Positions 32,147-42,139 are shown, counted from the first letter of the stretch. The stretch is 64,000 nt of DNA from Longimicrobiales bacterium (GCA_965249725.1 OZ252251.1:320001-384000), one strand, 5' to 3'. Notes: generated by a model not told the origin, from the letters alone. Translations and numbers: made by a program.

Positions 32147-32205
32147 AAGGGCGCTGTCCCAAAGAGCCATTGCTCCGCGAGGCGCAGAACCGCTAACGTC
32201 CGCCC

Positions 32206-33495
32206 ATGTCTTCAGAGAGCCGCGATCGGATCGTTCGGGACCCACTATGGAACACGATCCGCCTCGATGAGACCGCCGTCCGCATCGTAGACACGCAGGC
32301 ATTCCAGCGCCTCCGCTACATACGCCAGCTCGGGTTCGCCCACCTCGTCTATCCCGGAGCGACCCACACCCGATTCGACCACGCCCTCGGGGTCTATCAT
32401 CTTACCGTAACGGCGATCCGAAGCTTGAAGGAGACGCGTCGCATGCCCGAGGATATCGGGGATGAGGCTCTGCTGGTGCCCTACGCGGCGCTCCTACACG
32501 ACATCGGTCACTACGCGTTCTCGCACGCCCTCGAGGAGTTGGAAACTGACCTCCTGCCGGGGGATCACGAAGCGATCAGCGCGCGCTTCTTCGACTCACC
32601 CGAGCTGAATGAGGCGTTGGCGACCATCGGACCCGATGTCGGGCCCAAGATCCACGCTCTGATCCGTGGAGAGAGCGAGAACCCGCTCGGTGGGCTGGTG
32701 GCGGGCAGCTTGGATCTGGACAAGATGGAGTACCTCCGACGTGACGCCCGTTTCTGCGGGGTTCCGTACGGCGAGGTCGATGTGGACCGGCTTCTACAGG
32801 GGATCGCGATCCTTACCGACCCTGCGACGGGGAGGACGGAGGTCGGCGTGCAGGAAAAAGCGGTGGCGGCTCTCGAGTCGCTGCTCTTCGCCAAGTACCA
32901 GATGTTCAGGAACGTTTACTGGCATCACGCTGTACGCGCCGCCACGTGTCTGTACAAACGCATTGTCGACGAGGCTGTGCAGGACGAAATCCTGGACCCG
33001 GAGGAACTCGTCGGGCCTACCGACGAGGAGTTGATTTACGAGACGACGCGACGGGCTCGGGCGTCCGACAGCCCCATCGCGGAGCGGCTCGCGACCCGGT
33101 GGCTCCCCGCGCTCCGAGCCCGAAAGCTACCGAAGCGTGCGTTGGAGGTGACCGCGGCCGAATTGGGCGATCGTGTGGTGGAGGACTGGGCGGTCTCCGA
33201 GACGGCCATGAAGCGGTCCGTCGAGGATCAGTTGGCTGAAGAGGTCGGGCTGGAGCCCGGCGAGGTCGTCATCGACTTCCCGGCCAAGCGAGCCATGTTT
33301 CAGTTGGATCTGCTGATCGAGAGACGGGGCGGACAGGTCCAACGTCTGGGTCTGGGGGGATTGCCGGGACTCATCGATCTACCGCGCCTGGCGCAGGAGC
33401 TCTACACGACGACCCGGGTCCTCAGGGTCTTCACATTCGAGCGGCGTTCGTTGGACCGTGATTCGGTTCTGGAGCGGATCACGCGCCAGGCCTAG
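32206..33495 (+). CDS. HD-domain phosphohydrolase (SAMHD1/dGTPase-related)
   Basis: FQRLRYIRQLG, YPGATHTRFDHALG, LLHDIGH, DLDKMEYLRRD, VYWH. Confidence 0.92.
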   Translation: MSSESRDRIVRDPLWNTIRLDETAVRIVDTQAFQRLRYIRQLGFAHLVYPGATHTRFDHALGVYHLTVTAIRSLKETRRMPEDIGDEALLVPYAALLHDIGHYAFSHALEELETDLLPGDHEAISARFFDSPELNEALATIGPDVGPKIHALIRGESENPLGGLVAGSLDLDKMEYLRRDARFCGVPYGEVDVDRLLQGIAILTDPATGRTEVGVQEKAVAALESLLFAKYQMFRNVYWHHAVRAATCLYKRIVDEAVQDEILDPEELVGPTDEELIYETTRRARASDSPIAERLATRWLPALRARKLPKRALEVTAAELGDRVVEDWAVSETAMKRSVEDQLAEEVGLEPGEVVIDFPAKRAMFQLDLLIERRGGQVQRLGLGGLPGLIDLPRLAQELYTTTRVLRVFTFERRSLDRDSVLERITRQA

Positions 33496-34235
33496 GCGGC
33501 CCCAAGCGCCAGCCACCCGATGGTCACGTTGTCCGGCGCCCCCCTGCTGTGCGCCTCGGCTACGAGTCGCGACGTCATCTCCTCGAGACCGTCCCAAGTG
33601 AGGCCGTGAAGTGCCTCTTCGAGTTCAGCGTCCGTCATTAGGCCGGCCAGTCCGTCGGTACAGAGCAAGAAGATGTCGCCGGCCTGGACGGATCCGTCGA
33701 AGATATCGGACTCGACCTCCACTCCAGTCCCGACGGCCCGGCTGATCAGGTGGCGGAGCGGGTGCTCTCCGGCGGCCGATACGGTCAACGCCCCTGATTC
33801 CACCAGCGCCTGCACGACCGTGTGGTCGCGAGTGATGCGGAGGAGTGTTCCGTCCCGATAGAGGTAGGCCCGGCTGTCACCGACGTGGCCGATGACCCAC
33901 TGGTCCGAGTCGTCCTGTAGGGAGAGCGCAGTCACCGTGGTGCCCATGCCGGCGCGCTCCGGCTCCACGAGAGCGGCCTGCCAAACGTTGTGGTTGGCCA
34001 AGGCGACCGCCTCCGTCATTCTCTCGCCCCAGCCCCGGGTCGACTCTTCAGAGGTGAGGTGCTCCCGGATGCTCCGGGCGGCCTCTGCGGAGGCGAAGTC
34101 ACCCGCCGGGCGGCCCCCGATTCCATCGGCTACGATCACGATGCCGGCGGCCTCGTCGAGGAGCAGCGTGTCTTCGTTACGGCGTCGCTTGAGCCCCGGG
34201 TCCGACGTGCCTGCCACCCGCCACGTGAGTGCCAA
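33492..34235 (-). CDS. PP2C-family Ser/Thr protein phosphatase
   Basis: RRRNED, VADGIGG, MGTT, HVGDSRAY, LLCTDGL, DNVT. Confidence 0.94.
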   Translation of the reverse strand: MALTWRVAGTSDPGLKRRRNEDTLLLDEAAGIVIVADGIGGRPAGDFASAEAARSIREHLTSEESTRGWGERMTEAVALANHNVWQAALVEPERAGMGTTVTALSLQDDSDQWVIGHVGDSRAYLYRDGTLLRITRDHTVVQALVESGALTVSAAGEHPLRHLISRAVGTGVEVESDIFDGSVQAGDIFLLCTDGLAGLMTDAELEEALHGLTWDGLEEMTSRLVAEAHSRGAPDNVTIGWLALGAA

Positions 34236-34339
34236 GTATGCTCCAAGGTGAGAGAAGATCGAGCAAAAAGCTTAACCACAGCGTGATGATGCGCAAAGCG
34301 AAGAGAGACGGTCCGGCGTGTTGCGGAATCACCCGAATT

Positions 34340-34490
34340 GCGGGGAACCGAAGGGGGCCGCAGGGTTAGCACAGGGTGGTCACCGACCTGCCTGATCCAC
34401 CGCCCTTTGAGGGCTGGCGCCGAAGCTATGGAGATCACGTCGCGGGTGGCCTTGTGCGTTCCCACGAGTGGGAACCCCTCTCGTGGTCCG
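34340..34490 (+). ncRNA. Candidate structured RNA (cis-regulatory leader or sRNA) upstream of a sigma factor
   Basis: Nested complementary blocks GGGAAC/GTTCCC, GGGGCCGC/GTGGCCTT, GTGGTC/GATCAC, GCCCT/AGGGC; family not identified. Confidence 0.5.
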
Positions 34491-34635
34491 GTGTCCAATA
34501 CGCTCTCGAAACATCTGGACAAGAAATCGGTATGTCGATATCTTGAACGGCTGCATATCCTACGCATGCAGCGGTCGGTCGAGGATCGGCTGATTAGCAA
34601 TGACAAACTCGAGTACTTAGGAGCATAGATTTTCG

Positions 34636-35529
34636 ATGGCTACGGCAACTACGCGGAAGCGGAAGGGACGCAATCCCCTGGCCGGCTTCGACGCTAGCAT
34701 CGAAGAAAAGACCGCCCTGGATCAATATCTGAGGGACGTAAGTCGCCATGAGCTCATCACTCCCGACAAGGAGAAGGAGCTTGGTGCCCTCGCTCAGAAA
34801 GGTGACCAGGATGCGATCCAAGAGCTCGCACGAGCGAATCTTCGATTCGTCATCAGTGTGGCCAAGAAGTATCAGAACCGGGGCGTAGCCCTCACGGACC
34901 TGATCCAAGAGGGCAACGTCGGCTTGGTGACGGCCGCCCGGAAGTTCGATCCGGAGCAGGGCGTGAAGTTCATCAGCTACGCGGTTTGGTGGATTCGGCA
35001 GGCGATTCTCGCGTCTCTGGCCAATCACGGTCGGGCCGTGCGGGTACCCCTGAACCGAGCCTCCGACCTGGCGCGCATCTTCCGTGAGAAGGAGCGGCTC
35101 AAGCAGGAGTTGAATCGCGAGCCCACGTCGGACGAGTTGAGCGCGGCCACGGACCTCACGCCGGAGTTGATCGAGTCTCTCCAGACGCTCAACGCCGCAG
35201 AGATTCGGCTCGATGCCCCCATCGGCGACAGTGAGGATTCTCAGCTCGTCGAGCGGTTCATCACCGAAGAGGCCGCCGAGCCCGAGCAAGAGGTCGAGAG
35301 CCGGCTCCTGACCGAGACGGTCGGTGCCGCGCTGGACACCCTCGAGGCGCGTGACGCACGCGTGCTTCGCCTGTACTTCGGTCTCGAGGGCGAGCGCGAG
35401 CACACACTCGAGGAGATCGGCAACATGCTGGGCGTGACGCGTGAGCGTATCCGCCAGCTCCGTGACCGGGCCCTCCGGAGGCTGCGCGAGGGTGGTAAGG
35501 GAGATGCGCTGGAGTCGTTCGCGGCGTGA
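34636..35529 (+). CDS. RNA polymerase sigma-70 factor, RpoD/RpoS-like, without region 1.1
   Basis: ANLRFVISVAKKY, DLIQEGNVGL, KFISYAVWWIRQ, TLEEIG..GVTRERIRQ; AGGAG RBS. Confidence 0.96.
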   Translation: MATATTRKRKGRNPLAGFDASIEEKTALDQYLRDVSRHELITPDKEKELGALAQKGDQDAIQELARANLRFVISVAKKYQNRGVALTDLIQEGNVGLVTAARKFDPEQGVKFISYAVWWIRQAILASLANHGRAVRVPLNRASDLARIFREKERLKQELNREPTSDELSAATDLTPELIESLQTLNAAEIRLDAPIGDSEDSQLVERFITEEAAEPEQEVESRLLTETVGAALDTLEARDARVLRLYFGLEGEREHTLEEIGNMLGVTRERIRQLRDRALRRLREGGKGDALESFAA

Positions 35530-35541
35530 TCCACCAGCAGG

Positions 35542-35596
35542 AAAGCCCCGCCCGCCCCGAGACGAGATGTTCTCGGTGGGGGGCGGGTTTTTTTTT
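35542..35596 (+). terminator. Intrinsic terminator
   Basis: Long GC stem CCCGCCC..CCGAGA / TCTCGG..GGGCGGG followed by T9. Confidence 0.9.
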
Positions 35597-35622
35597 CGTA
35601 TGCCGCCTATCCGGTTGACCGA

Positions 35623-36522
35623 GTGACGGGCATGGTCCACCAGGTCGGCGGTGGGGTGTACACCGTTGCCCTCGAGGGCGGAGGCATGGTCGAGGCGTCC
35701 CTACGGGGTCGTCTCAAGCTCGAGCAGCGTACGGGCGATCAGGTGGTCATCGGCGATCGAGTCCGCATCGCGGAGGCGGGTGACGACACACACGTGATCG
35801 AGGAGATTCTGCCCCGCGAGACGGCCATCACGCGTAGCCGCTTCGGAGGCCGGTCCACGAAGGTCCTCGTTGCCAACGCCGAGCGACTCCTCGCGGTCTT
35901 CGCTTCCAGCAGGCCGAAGCCACGCCGTGATCTGATCGACCGCCTCTTGGTGGTGGCCGAGTATGGTGGCGTCACCCCAGTCGTCGTCCTCAACAAGATG
36001 GACCTGGAGGGCGCGGCAGACTTCGCGGAGGAGCTTGAGAGCGTGTATGAGCCTCTCGGGTACCTGGTCCTGAAGGTGAGCGCCGAGACCGGTGAGGGCC
36101 TGAGCGGGCTCGCCGAGCAAGTGTGCCACGGCATCGCGGCCTTGGCCGGGCCCTCCGGGGTGGGCAAGTCGAGCCTGGTGAATGCTCTCGAGCCCGAGCA
36201 CGCCCTCAGGATCGGTGAGCTCAGCCGCAAGAGCGGTACGGGCCGCCACACCACGGTGTCCTCGCGGCTGATTCAGCTCCGCTGTGGGGGGCTCGTGGCG
36301 GATACGCCGGGCTTCAGCGACATCGGGGTTTGGGGGGTGAAGCAGGGAGATCTCGACGAGTGCTTCCCGGAACTGCGGGCCCTCGCGCCCGGCTGCCGGT
36401 TCCGAGGGTGCAGCCACCTGCACGAGCCGGACTGCGCGGTGCGTGAGGCGCTAGACGCGGGCGAGATCGACGTGGATCGCTTCGAGAGCTACAAGATTCT
36501 GTTCGAAGAGGCCGAGTCTTAG
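35623..36522 (+). CDS. rsgA: Small ribosomal subunit biogenesis GTPase RsgA
   Basis: LNKMDL, GPSGVGKSS, GRHTT, DTPG, CRFRGCSHLHEPDC zinc motif. Confidence 0.96.
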   Translation: MTGMVHQVGGGVYTVALEGGGMVEASLRGRLKLEQRTGDQVVIGDRVRIAEAGDDTHVIEEILPRETAITRSRFGGRSTKVLVANAERLLAVFASSRPKPRRDLIDRLLVVAEYGGVTPVVVLNKMDLEGAADFAEELESVYEPLGYLVLKVSAETGEGLSGLAEQVCHGIAALAGPSGVGKSSLVNALEPEHALRIGELSRKSGTGRHTTVSSRLIQLRCGGLVADTPGFSDIGVWGVKQGDLDECFPELRALAPGCRFRGCSHLHEPDCAVREALDAGEIDVDRFESYKILFEEAES

Positions 36523-36546
36523 GGTCCAGCTTCAGGAACAGCCTCT

Positions 36547-37353
36547 CTAGGGCCGGTAGCTTCCCGAGAGGGGCGTTACCCGCAGGACACCGGTACCCGG
36601 GTCGTCATCGACGGACACGGGCCATTGGTAGACCTGCTGCAGCGTCTTCTCCTGCAGGACCTCGCGAGGTCGTCCCTCGGCCGCGACGCGGCCCCGATCC
36701 AGAAGCAGCATCCGGTCTGCGAAACGGGCCGCCAGATCGAGATGGTGTGTGATAAGGAAGATCGTCATGCCCCCGTCCGCCGAGGCGCGGAGCAGCTCGA
36801 GGATCTCCATCTCGTGACGGATGTCCAGGCTGGCCGTGGGTTCGTCGAGCACCAGGACTTCGGGCTCCTGGGCGAGGGCTCGGGCGACTCGTGCCCGCTG
36901 GAGTTCTCCACCGGACAGGGTCGAGACGAACCGGTGTCCGAGTTCCCAGACGTCGCAGCGTTCCATGGCCCGCTGGACGGCCTCCCGATCGGTTGGGGTC
37001 TCCGCCTGTAGCGGCCCCAGGTACGGATAACGGCCCATGCCGACCAGGTCCCGCACGGTCAGTGGGAAAGCGACCGACTCAGCCTGGGCCACGACCCCGA
37101 CCTCTCTGGCCAACGCCCGCCGGTTCCACTCCGAAACCGTCCGTCCCGAAACACGGGTCTCTCCTGTGGCCGTCGGGACCATGCCCAGCAACGCCCTGAG
37201 GAGGGTCGACTTTCCGGAGCCGTTCGGCCCGAGGACTGCGTAGAAGGCGCCCGGCGGGACCACCATGGATACGCCGTCCAGCGCCGCGTCTTCCGCTCCC
37301 GGATAACGCACGGTGAGATCGACGGCCTCCAGGGCGTTGGATCGGTCCGACAT
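36547..37353 (-). CDS. Cobalamin/iron-chelate ABC transporter ATP-binding protein (BtuD/FecE-like)
   Basis: GPNGSGKST, LSGGELQR, LDEPTASLD. Confidence 0.9.
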   Translation of the reverse strand: MSDRSNALEAVDLTVRYPGAEDAALDGVSMVVPPGAFYAVLGPNGSGKSTLLRALLGMVPTATGETRVSGRTVSEWNRRALAREVGVVAQAESVAFPLTVRDLVGMGRYPYLGPLQAETPTDREAVQRAMERCDVWELGHRFVSTLSGGELQRARVARALAQEPEVLVLDEPTASLDIRHEMEILELLRASADGGMTIFLITHHLDLAARFADRMLLLDRGRVAAEGRPREVLQEKTLQQVYQWPVSVDDDPGTGVLRVTPLSGSYRP

Positions 37354-38351
37354 CAGCCCTCCCCGCTCCCCAGGCTGCGCCGCAGGAGGACCAGGAACAG
37401 AGGCACTCCCACGAAGGCCGTGACGACGCCGATCGGTATCTCGGTCGGCGAGAGAACGGTCCGGGCTGCGACGTCCGCGAGCGTCAGGAAGACCGCTCCG
37501 GCCAGGAATGACAGCGGAAGGAGTGTTCGATAGTCCGATCCGGCAACCAGCCTTACTCCGTGGGGGACGATGAGTCCGACGAAGCCGATTACGCCTGTTG
37601 CGGCTACGCCGGCCGCTGTGAGGAGCGAGGCCACCACGTAGGCCATCTTCTTCACGCGCTCCACGTTGGTGCCGAGGTAGCCGGCTGTCTCCTCTCCGAT
37701 CGCCATCAAGTTGAGTGGGCGCGCCAGGCCGGCCAGCAGTATGGCCGCCGGTAGCGTGTACAGGGCCACCGTCGCCACGGTTGCCCAGTCGGCCCCGGCC
37801 AGGCTGCCCATCATCCAGAGAACGGCGCTTCGTACTGTGCGGGCCTCCGAGACCGACAAGACGAAGGCGATACAGGCCGCGAAGAACGCTCCTACCACGA
37901 CCCCGGCGAGGAGGAGGACTCGCACGTCGACCCGGTCGTCCGCCGCCAACGCCACTCTCAGGACGAGCACCACGGCCAATATGGCACCCGCGAAGGATGC
38001 CGCCGGGAGCGCCCAGGAGTGGCTGGCCACCAGGCCCAGAGCCAGCGCCAGAACCGCCCCGGTCGCTGCCCCCCCCGAGATGCCCAGGATGTAGGGCTCA
38101 GCGAGCGGGTTACGGAGCAAGGCCTGAAAGACGGCTCCGGCCAGGGCCAGGCCTCCGCCGACCAAGATGGCGAGCGCGGCCCGGGGGGCCCTCAGCTCGA
38201 CGACGATCTGTCGCAGGGCCGGATCTCCGCCACCCGTCAGGGCCGCTACCACCTCCGACGGCGAGAGTTCGACCGAACCGAGCCATATGCTCAACACGAA
38301 GGCGGCGATCAGGACGACGAGAAGTGCTGCAGCCCAGGCGAACCGCCTCAC
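37353..38351 (-). CDS. Cobalamin/iron-chelate ABC permease (BtuC/FecCD family)
   Basis: LRAPR, QALLRNPLAEPYILG, IGFVGLIVPH, EIPIGVVTA; GTG start overlaps the upstream TGA. Confidence 0.92.
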   Translation of the reverse strand: MRRFAWAAALLVVLIAAFVLSIWLGSVELSPSEVVAALTGGGDPALRQIVVELRAPRAALAILVGGGLALAGAVFQALLRNPLAEPYILGISGGAATGAVLALALGLVASHSWALPAASFAGAILAVVLVLRVALAADDRVDVRVLLLAGVVVGAFFAACIAFVLSVSEARTVRSAVLWMMGSLAGADWATVATVALYTLPAAILLAGLARPLNLMAIGEETAGYLGTNVERVKKMAYVVASLLTAAGVAATGVIGFVGLIVPHGVRLVAGSDYRTLLPLSFLAGAVFLTLADVAARTVLSPTEIPIGVVTAFVGVPLFLVLLRRSLGSGEG

Positions 38352-39256
38352 CGGAAGGCCTCCGGATGAATCAGGCGAGCAATCGCTGTGGCCGCCTCTC
38401 CCAATCGAGGCCCGGGCACCTCCACCCAGCTGGGCACCGGTGCGTGATCGACGTCGGAGAGCTGGCGCGGAACCTCGCCTGAAGACACCAGGATCAGATC
38501 CACCTCTCGTGTAATCAACTCTTCGAGACTGATCGGGCCGTAGAGACCATCCAGGTCGCCGAAGACGTTGTCCGCCCCGCCGGCGGCCATGAGTTCGTGT
38601 ATATAGGTCCCAGGACCGGCCACCCACGGTGGCTCACCGCCCATCAGATAGATGACGTTTCTGCGGGGTAGGCCGGCAACTCGGTCCGCCACGTCGTCGA
38701 GAGCCCGCCGCATGCCCGCCAGAATCGAGTCCACGGTGTCGCCGGTGCCAGTGATCGCCCCAAGACGCTCGACGATCGCTCGGACGTCCGCGATGCCGTC
38801 CGGCTGGATGGCGAAGTGCGGAATGCCCAGATCACTCAAACGATCGGCGGTAGCCCGATCCGACTCCCCCCCGAATCGGACGACCAGATCTGGGCGGAGC
38901 GAGACCAATACCTCCAGGTTGGGCTGGAGTCCTCCTCCGACAGACGGTAGCTCCGCGAGCGCCGCCAAATCGTCGTAGTCGGTGCGCCCGACGAGGTGAT
39001 TCCGGACCCCAAGCGCGAGGAGCGTCTCCGTGGCCGAGGGCACGAGCGAAATGATCCGGGTGGGGGCGCTGGCGAAGCGGTGGCGCATACCCGAGTCGTC
39101 TGTGACCTCCAAGGGAAAGCCGGCTGCCGGAGCCACCTGGGTCCCGGATCCGACTCGGCTCCCGGGCTCCCCATCGCCTCCGCAGGCCAACTGAGAGGCC
39201 AGAAGCGCCCACACGCCCGCTCGGAGGAACCGCTGCCAGGCCCTGACGGGAGCCAC
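38348..39256 (-). CDS. Periplasmic binding lipoprotein (BtuF-like)
   Basis: LAC lipobox, RIISLVPSATE, LVGRTDY, AGGADN. Confidence 0.88.
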   Translation of the reverse strand: MAPVRAWQRFLRAGVWALLASQLACGGDGEPGSRVGSGTQVAPAAGFPLEVTDDSGMRHRFASAPTRIISLVPSATETLLALGVRNHLVGRTDYDDLAALAELPSVGGGLQPNLEVLVSLRPDLVVRFGGESDRATADRLSDLGIPHFAIQPDGIADVRAIVERLGAITGTGDTVDSILAGMRRALDDVADRVAGLPRRNVIYLMGGEPPWVAGPGTYIHELMAAGGADNVFGDLDGLYGPISLEELITREVDLILVSSGEVPRQLSDVDHAPVPSWVEVPGPRLGEAATAIARLIHPEAFR

Positions 39257-39289
39257 TAGCTGACGGCCACTAGAATGCGGACGGAGGCC

Positions 39290-40300
39290 TCAGGGCGCGC
39301 CGGCGCCCTCGGGCGCCGGTAGGCCACAAGAGTCCCGATACACTTCTGTCCAGCCGCCACTTTCTCTCTGAAGGGCCGAGATCCAAACGGATGTCTCACC
39401 GACCACCTCGAGAATGAGTTCGGGGGTGCTGTCACCATCGACGTCGATTCTGCCGAAGTAGCGGGCCGCCCCTTTTCCGTGTTGGCTCCAGATCCTGTGG
39501 TCGACGTAGGTGGTCTGGTAGCCACGACCGTCGGGATCGGAGGCGACGAGGAACACCGAGTAGGCGTTGCTTGGGGCCGGTCCGACCTGAAGAGAGTCCT
39601 CGTACACGAAGGTTGCGACGACCGTGGGAGCTACCGAGGACTCGCCGTTGAAGACCTGGACATCGCGCCGGACACCGAGGACGGATGCGGGCCAAGGAGA
39701 TCCCAGGGTGGGCAGAAGCTCCCTCATCATGTTGAGGGACGTGACTCTGAGGTCTCGAGTCTGCTCCACCGGATCGTAGTCGTCGTATCCCACCGAGGTC
39801 GTGATGTCGCTTGGAACCGCGAGAAACGTGGTGGCCGCGGCAGCGCCGGGCACCAGTTCAATCGGACCGTTGACCTGGGCCCTGCCCCCGCAATACGCGT
39901 TGCTCGCGCTGTAGCCGGTCGCGGTCAGCGTGCCCACACGCACCCCTTCGGAGAAGAGAGTGAACGTCGATCCTGCCGCAAAGTACCGCTCGCCAAAGGC
40001 CTGAGCCTCCTGTCCTGATCCCGCACCCGGAAGCTGATGCAGCCCATCAGGATGCAGCTCCGCGACAGGCACCAACCAAGCCTCGGACCCTATGCGGCGT
40101 CCGAGAAGGAGGACGGGCTCCGGGGGGGTAGAATCCACGACGGCCTGGGTCGTGTCGACCGGCGGAGCGGGAGTCTCCATGATCGTTGGTGCCGAGGGGG
40201 CTCTCAGGCCCACGTCGACCCCTCCCCACTCCACGTTGTCGCATCCCAGGGCGACCATTACAATCCCGAGCAACGGGATCCTCTGAAGGCCTTTGACCAT
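39290..40300 (-). CDS. Hypothetical lipoprotein
   Basis: ALGC lipobox, Pro/Thr linker, DVDGDSTPE (DxDGD-like loop); promoter directly before the ATG. Confidence 0.72.
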   Translation of the reverse strand: MVKGLQRIPLLGIVMVALGCDNVEWGGVDVGLRAPSAPTIMETPAPPVDTTQAVVDSTPPEPVLLLGRRIGSEAWLVPVAELHPDGLHQLPGAGSGQEAQAFGERYFAAGSTFTLFSEGVRVGTLTATGYSASNAYCGGRAQVNGPIELVPGAAAATTFLAVPSDITTSVGYDDYDPVEQTRDLRVTSLNMMRELLPTLGSPWPASVLGVRRDVQVFNGESSVAPTVVATFVYEDSLQVGPAPSNAYSVFLVASDPDGRGYQTTYVDHRIWSQHGKGAARYFGRIDVDGDSTPELILEVVGETSVWISALQRESGGWTEVYRDSCGLPAPEGAGAP

Positions 40301-40378
40301 GCGGAAAAGCTATCCCGGCCCTTGGGGGAAATCAAAGGTGCCTCTCTACCACTGGACTGCCCCGAGCGAGGTCGATTT

Positions 40379-41056
40379 GTGGAAGACGGCGACTCGTTGA
40401 GGACCCGCCTGGTCTGGGTGCCCTCTTTTGTGGTGGGTGCGGCCGCGGCCACCTCCGCGGCGGTCGCGGTGGCTCTCCTACTGTATTCCGGCGAGGGTAT
40501 GCTGCGATCATTGACGCTGATCGTCGCGGTGGAGCTCCTGGCATTTGGTGTGGGCCTTGCCGGACCCTCGAGCGGCAGGGATTGGGCCAGAACGGTCGAG
40601 GCTCTCCGAATCCGTTGGCTGAACGTCCTCATCGCCTTCCTGGCAGCCTCGGTCTTTGCGGTGGCGTGGACCTTCGGCGGTGGATTCGGGGCTGAGCAGG
40701 GTACACAGGCCCTTGGGCTGGCTCTGCTGGGAGCGCTGCCGTTGTATGCCTGTGGTCGGCTCCTCACGGCGATTTCTTCGGTTTCGGCGGGGGTTGTGCG
40801 CAGCAGCCCCGGTGCGTTCGCGTCCCTGGGAGCTGCTCTCGGCGTGCTCATAAGCGGGTCGACCGGACTGTCGCGCCTCGGGGCCCCGTCTCTGTTGTTG
40901 TTCTTCCTGGTCGCGCTCTCTGGCACGGCGTTGATGCAGGGATCGGTTCTAGGGGACCTGCGGGAGGTGTTGGACGGAGGCGACGCCGCGCCGACGGGAG
41001 TCGAACATGGGGCCGGACCTGAGGCTGAGCTCGAGCCCGAGCAGCACTTCTCGTGA
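40379..41056 (+). CDS. Multi-pass membrane protein (loosely resembles the membrane part of fused spermidine-synthase-like proteins)
   Basis: About six hydrophobic segments; GTG after GAGG; GTGA overlap with the sbcD-like gene. Confidence 0.65.
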   Translation: MEDGDSLRTRLVWVPSFVVGAAAATSAAVAVALLLYSGEGMLRSLTLIVAVELLAFGVGLAGPSSGRDWARTVEALRIRWLNVLIAFLAASVFAVAWTFGGGFGAEQGTQALGLALLGALPLYACGRLLTAISSVSAGVVRSSPGAFASLGAALGVLISGSTGLSRLGAPSLLLFFLVALSGTALMQGSVLGDLREVLDGGDAAPTGVEHGAGPEAELEPEQHFS

Positions 41057-42135
41057 TTATCGCTCACCTCTCCGATCTGCATCTAGGCTATCGTGCCTAC
41101 GCCCACGTGGAGCAGGGCCGGAATGTCCGGGAAACCGACGTGGCCCGCGCCTTTCACCAGGCGGTTGAGAGGGTGATAGGGCTGAAGCCCGCCGCGGTAG
41201 TGGTCGCGGGGGACGTGTTCGACCGGCCGGAGCCCCCCCACTCCGCGTTGGTGGCCCTGGCCCAGGGCCTGCAGGCACTCAGAGAGGCCCTGCCGGACAC
41301 CCCGGTGCTCCTCGCTGCCGGCGCGAGGGATACTCCCCCCCCCGTGGCGGATCCGGGGCCACTGGCCACGTTCGACACGATGGCCGCGGTCGAGGCGGTG
41401 ACCGGAACGACGCGGTCGGTGTACTACTCCCAGTTGGGATTGAACGTGACGCTCGTTCCGCATCGGGCTACGCTGCAGGGGCCACCGCCACCAGTGGCTC
41501 CCAACCCCGATGCCCAGTGGAACGTGCTGGTGGGTTATGGGTCGGTCGATGGAGGGGACGAGTCCATGCTCGCACTGGATCCTTCGGACTGGGACTACGT
41601 GGCGCTCGGCTATGAACATCATCGCCGGCAGGTCGGTGGGCCCGTGCACTATGCGGGGTCCCTCGAGCGGGTTGGTCCCACGCCGTGGGAGGAGGCTGCC
41701 GAGGAGAAGGGCTTCCTGACGTGCGAACTGGACTCTGGGCGGGTGCGTTTCCACGCCATCCACGGTCGACCGGTGGTCTCCTTGGCCCCGATTCCCTTTG
41801 AGGAGCATCGCCCGGAGCGACTCCGTGGGCGAGTGCAGGAGGTGCTGGACGAGGTTCCGGGTGGAATCGAAGAGAAGATCGTACGTATACGCATAGAGGG
41901 GCTTCCACCGGATCGCTTGAACCTACTTCATGGGTTGTTGCCGGAATACCGACGCCGGGCCCTGCATTTGGAGGTCCAGCTCGATGATGTTCCGGGAGGG
42001 GAATCGGCCGAGGAGCGGCCTGCAGTGCGGTTGGCGTCGAGGCTCGCGGAGCGCCTTGCGGCGGAGGGCGACAGCCTCGAGGATCTAGTAAAGCTGGTGG
42101 AGGATTGTCTGCCGGCGGTGCGGCTAGGGAGATAG
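41053..42135 (+). CDS. SbcD/Mre11-like metallophosphoesterase with degenerate metal motifs
   Basis: HLSDLHLG, AGDVFD, DYVALG, YAGSLER, EEKGF; motif III is GARD and motif V is GYEH. Confidence 0.85.
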   Translation: MIIAHLSDLHLGYRAYAHVEQGRNVRETDVARAFHQAVERVIGLKPAAVVVAGDVFDRPEPPHSALVALAQGLQALREALPDTPVLLAAGARDTPPPVADPGPLATFDTMAAVEAVTGTTRSVYYSQLGLNVTLVPHRATLQGPPPPVAPNPDAQWNVLVGYGSVDGGDESMLALDPSDWDYVALGYEHHRRQVGGPVHYAGSLERVGPTPWEEAAEEKGFLTCELDSGRVRFHAIHGRPVVSLAPIPFEEHRPERLRGRVQEVLDEVPGGIEEKIVRIRIEGLPPDRLNLLHGLLPEYRRRALHLEVQLDDVPGGESAEERPAVRLASRLAERLAAEGDSLEDLVKLVEDCLPAVRLGR

Positions 42136-42139
42136 AAGG

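Noticed and set aside
34340..34420. c-di-AMP (ydaO) or glycine riboswitch assignment for the sigma leader
   Set aside because: GGGGAACC and GGCGCCGAAG are present, but the diagnostic CAGCTAAC and CTCTCAGG elements are absent
34338..34628. 96-aa ORF across the sigma leader
   Set aside because: TTG start without RBS, no motif, and the sequence is better explained by base pairing
39257..40378. Cobalamin riboswitch for the Btu-like operon
   Set aside because: No intergenic room and no B12-box sequence seen
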